NCBI GenBank assembly: GCA_043228905.1
Contig: JBHGNT010000001.1
Coordinates: 15,066,001-15,130,000, forward strand
Origin: Azolla caroliniana
Taxonomy: Eukaryota > Plantae > Polypodiophyta
DNA: 64,000 nucleotides
Reading direction: 5' to 3'
The notes beneath the pieces were generated by a model. It was not told the DNA's origin. It did not search any database and worked only from the letters and a program-made list of their open reading frames with translations. Both the position numbers and the translations under genes were made by a program. Below are positions 63,261 to 64,000 of this stretch, one piece after another (position 1 is the stretch's first letter; every line of letters begins with the position of its first letter).

Positions 63261-64000
63261 GGGATTGACCACAGTGGTTAAAGTAACCATAGTCACCTTA
63301 ACCAAGGTTGGTAAGTTTGCGGTTAGTTAGTTGGTAACCACAGTCACATTAACTAGAGTAACTTATGATTGCATTAATGATTACAAAGTCAAACTAACAT
63401 ATTGATCAATCTTTTATAGTCATAACAACTTGCAATGACTTCAAAGGTCATGAAGGAGACAATGATAGAGGTTCATGAATGTACCAATGATTGATTACTA
63501 AAAGCAACATTTTTTGACTCTCAATTGCTGTGTATTAAAGATGTGGGCATGAATTAACCAATGATTGATAAGTCTAATATTTAAAATGGTGAGCATTAAA
63601 GAACCAATGAGTGAGAGGTTCTATATCAAATATGGGTGCCATTAATTAGCCAATGATTTTAACATTAATCCAACATATTTATGGCTTGGTAATGATTAGA
63701 TTTATATTATACTTGATTTAACTTCATATAGACCTAGTTTAAATAATTATTGATATTTTAAATACAATTACTATATTAAAAATAATATTTTTATGTATTG
63801 TATTAATATAATATTAAATAATATAGACATTCTATTGATTTGGCTTTTGTTTAGAGAGAATTTTATGTTTAGAGAGGAGTATATGTTTAGAGAGGAGCTT
63901 ATTAGTTTTTTGCCTTACCCTAAGCACATAACTTACAGAGCCCTATCTAGACCTTAAGCCATGAGTGAAGATTCACCGTTCTCGATTGAAGAATATTGTT

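Overview
This is eukaryotic plant DNA, probably from a bryophyte such as Physcomitrium (inferred from the TE families; not provable here). Most of the window is decayed, nested retrotransposons with many C>T/G>A nonsense mutations. These are two Athila/Tat-like gypsy copies (one with a long 3' extra ORF), an unusual gypsy group (TGTCGT..ACGACA LTRs, tRNA-Trp PBS, 4-bp TSDs), several copia elements, solo LTRs and one L1-type LINE. One intact host gene is present, an intronless atypical dirigent-family gene at 39425..39937 (+). The most unusual locus is 59037..63133 (-): a six-exon, now disabled gene fusing a ParB-like domain to a prokaryote-type beta-class amino-DNA methyltransferase. Its first intron holds six 29-bp palindromes at an exact 51-bp period, resembling parS or operator sites. 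Other notable signals in the TGTCGT gypsy group are antisense tRNA-like Pol III cassettes in the U3 of three LTR families, CpG-centred 4-bp target sites, and a conserved -1 frameshift signal placed after the protease. All calls come from reading the sequence by eye; no searches were run.
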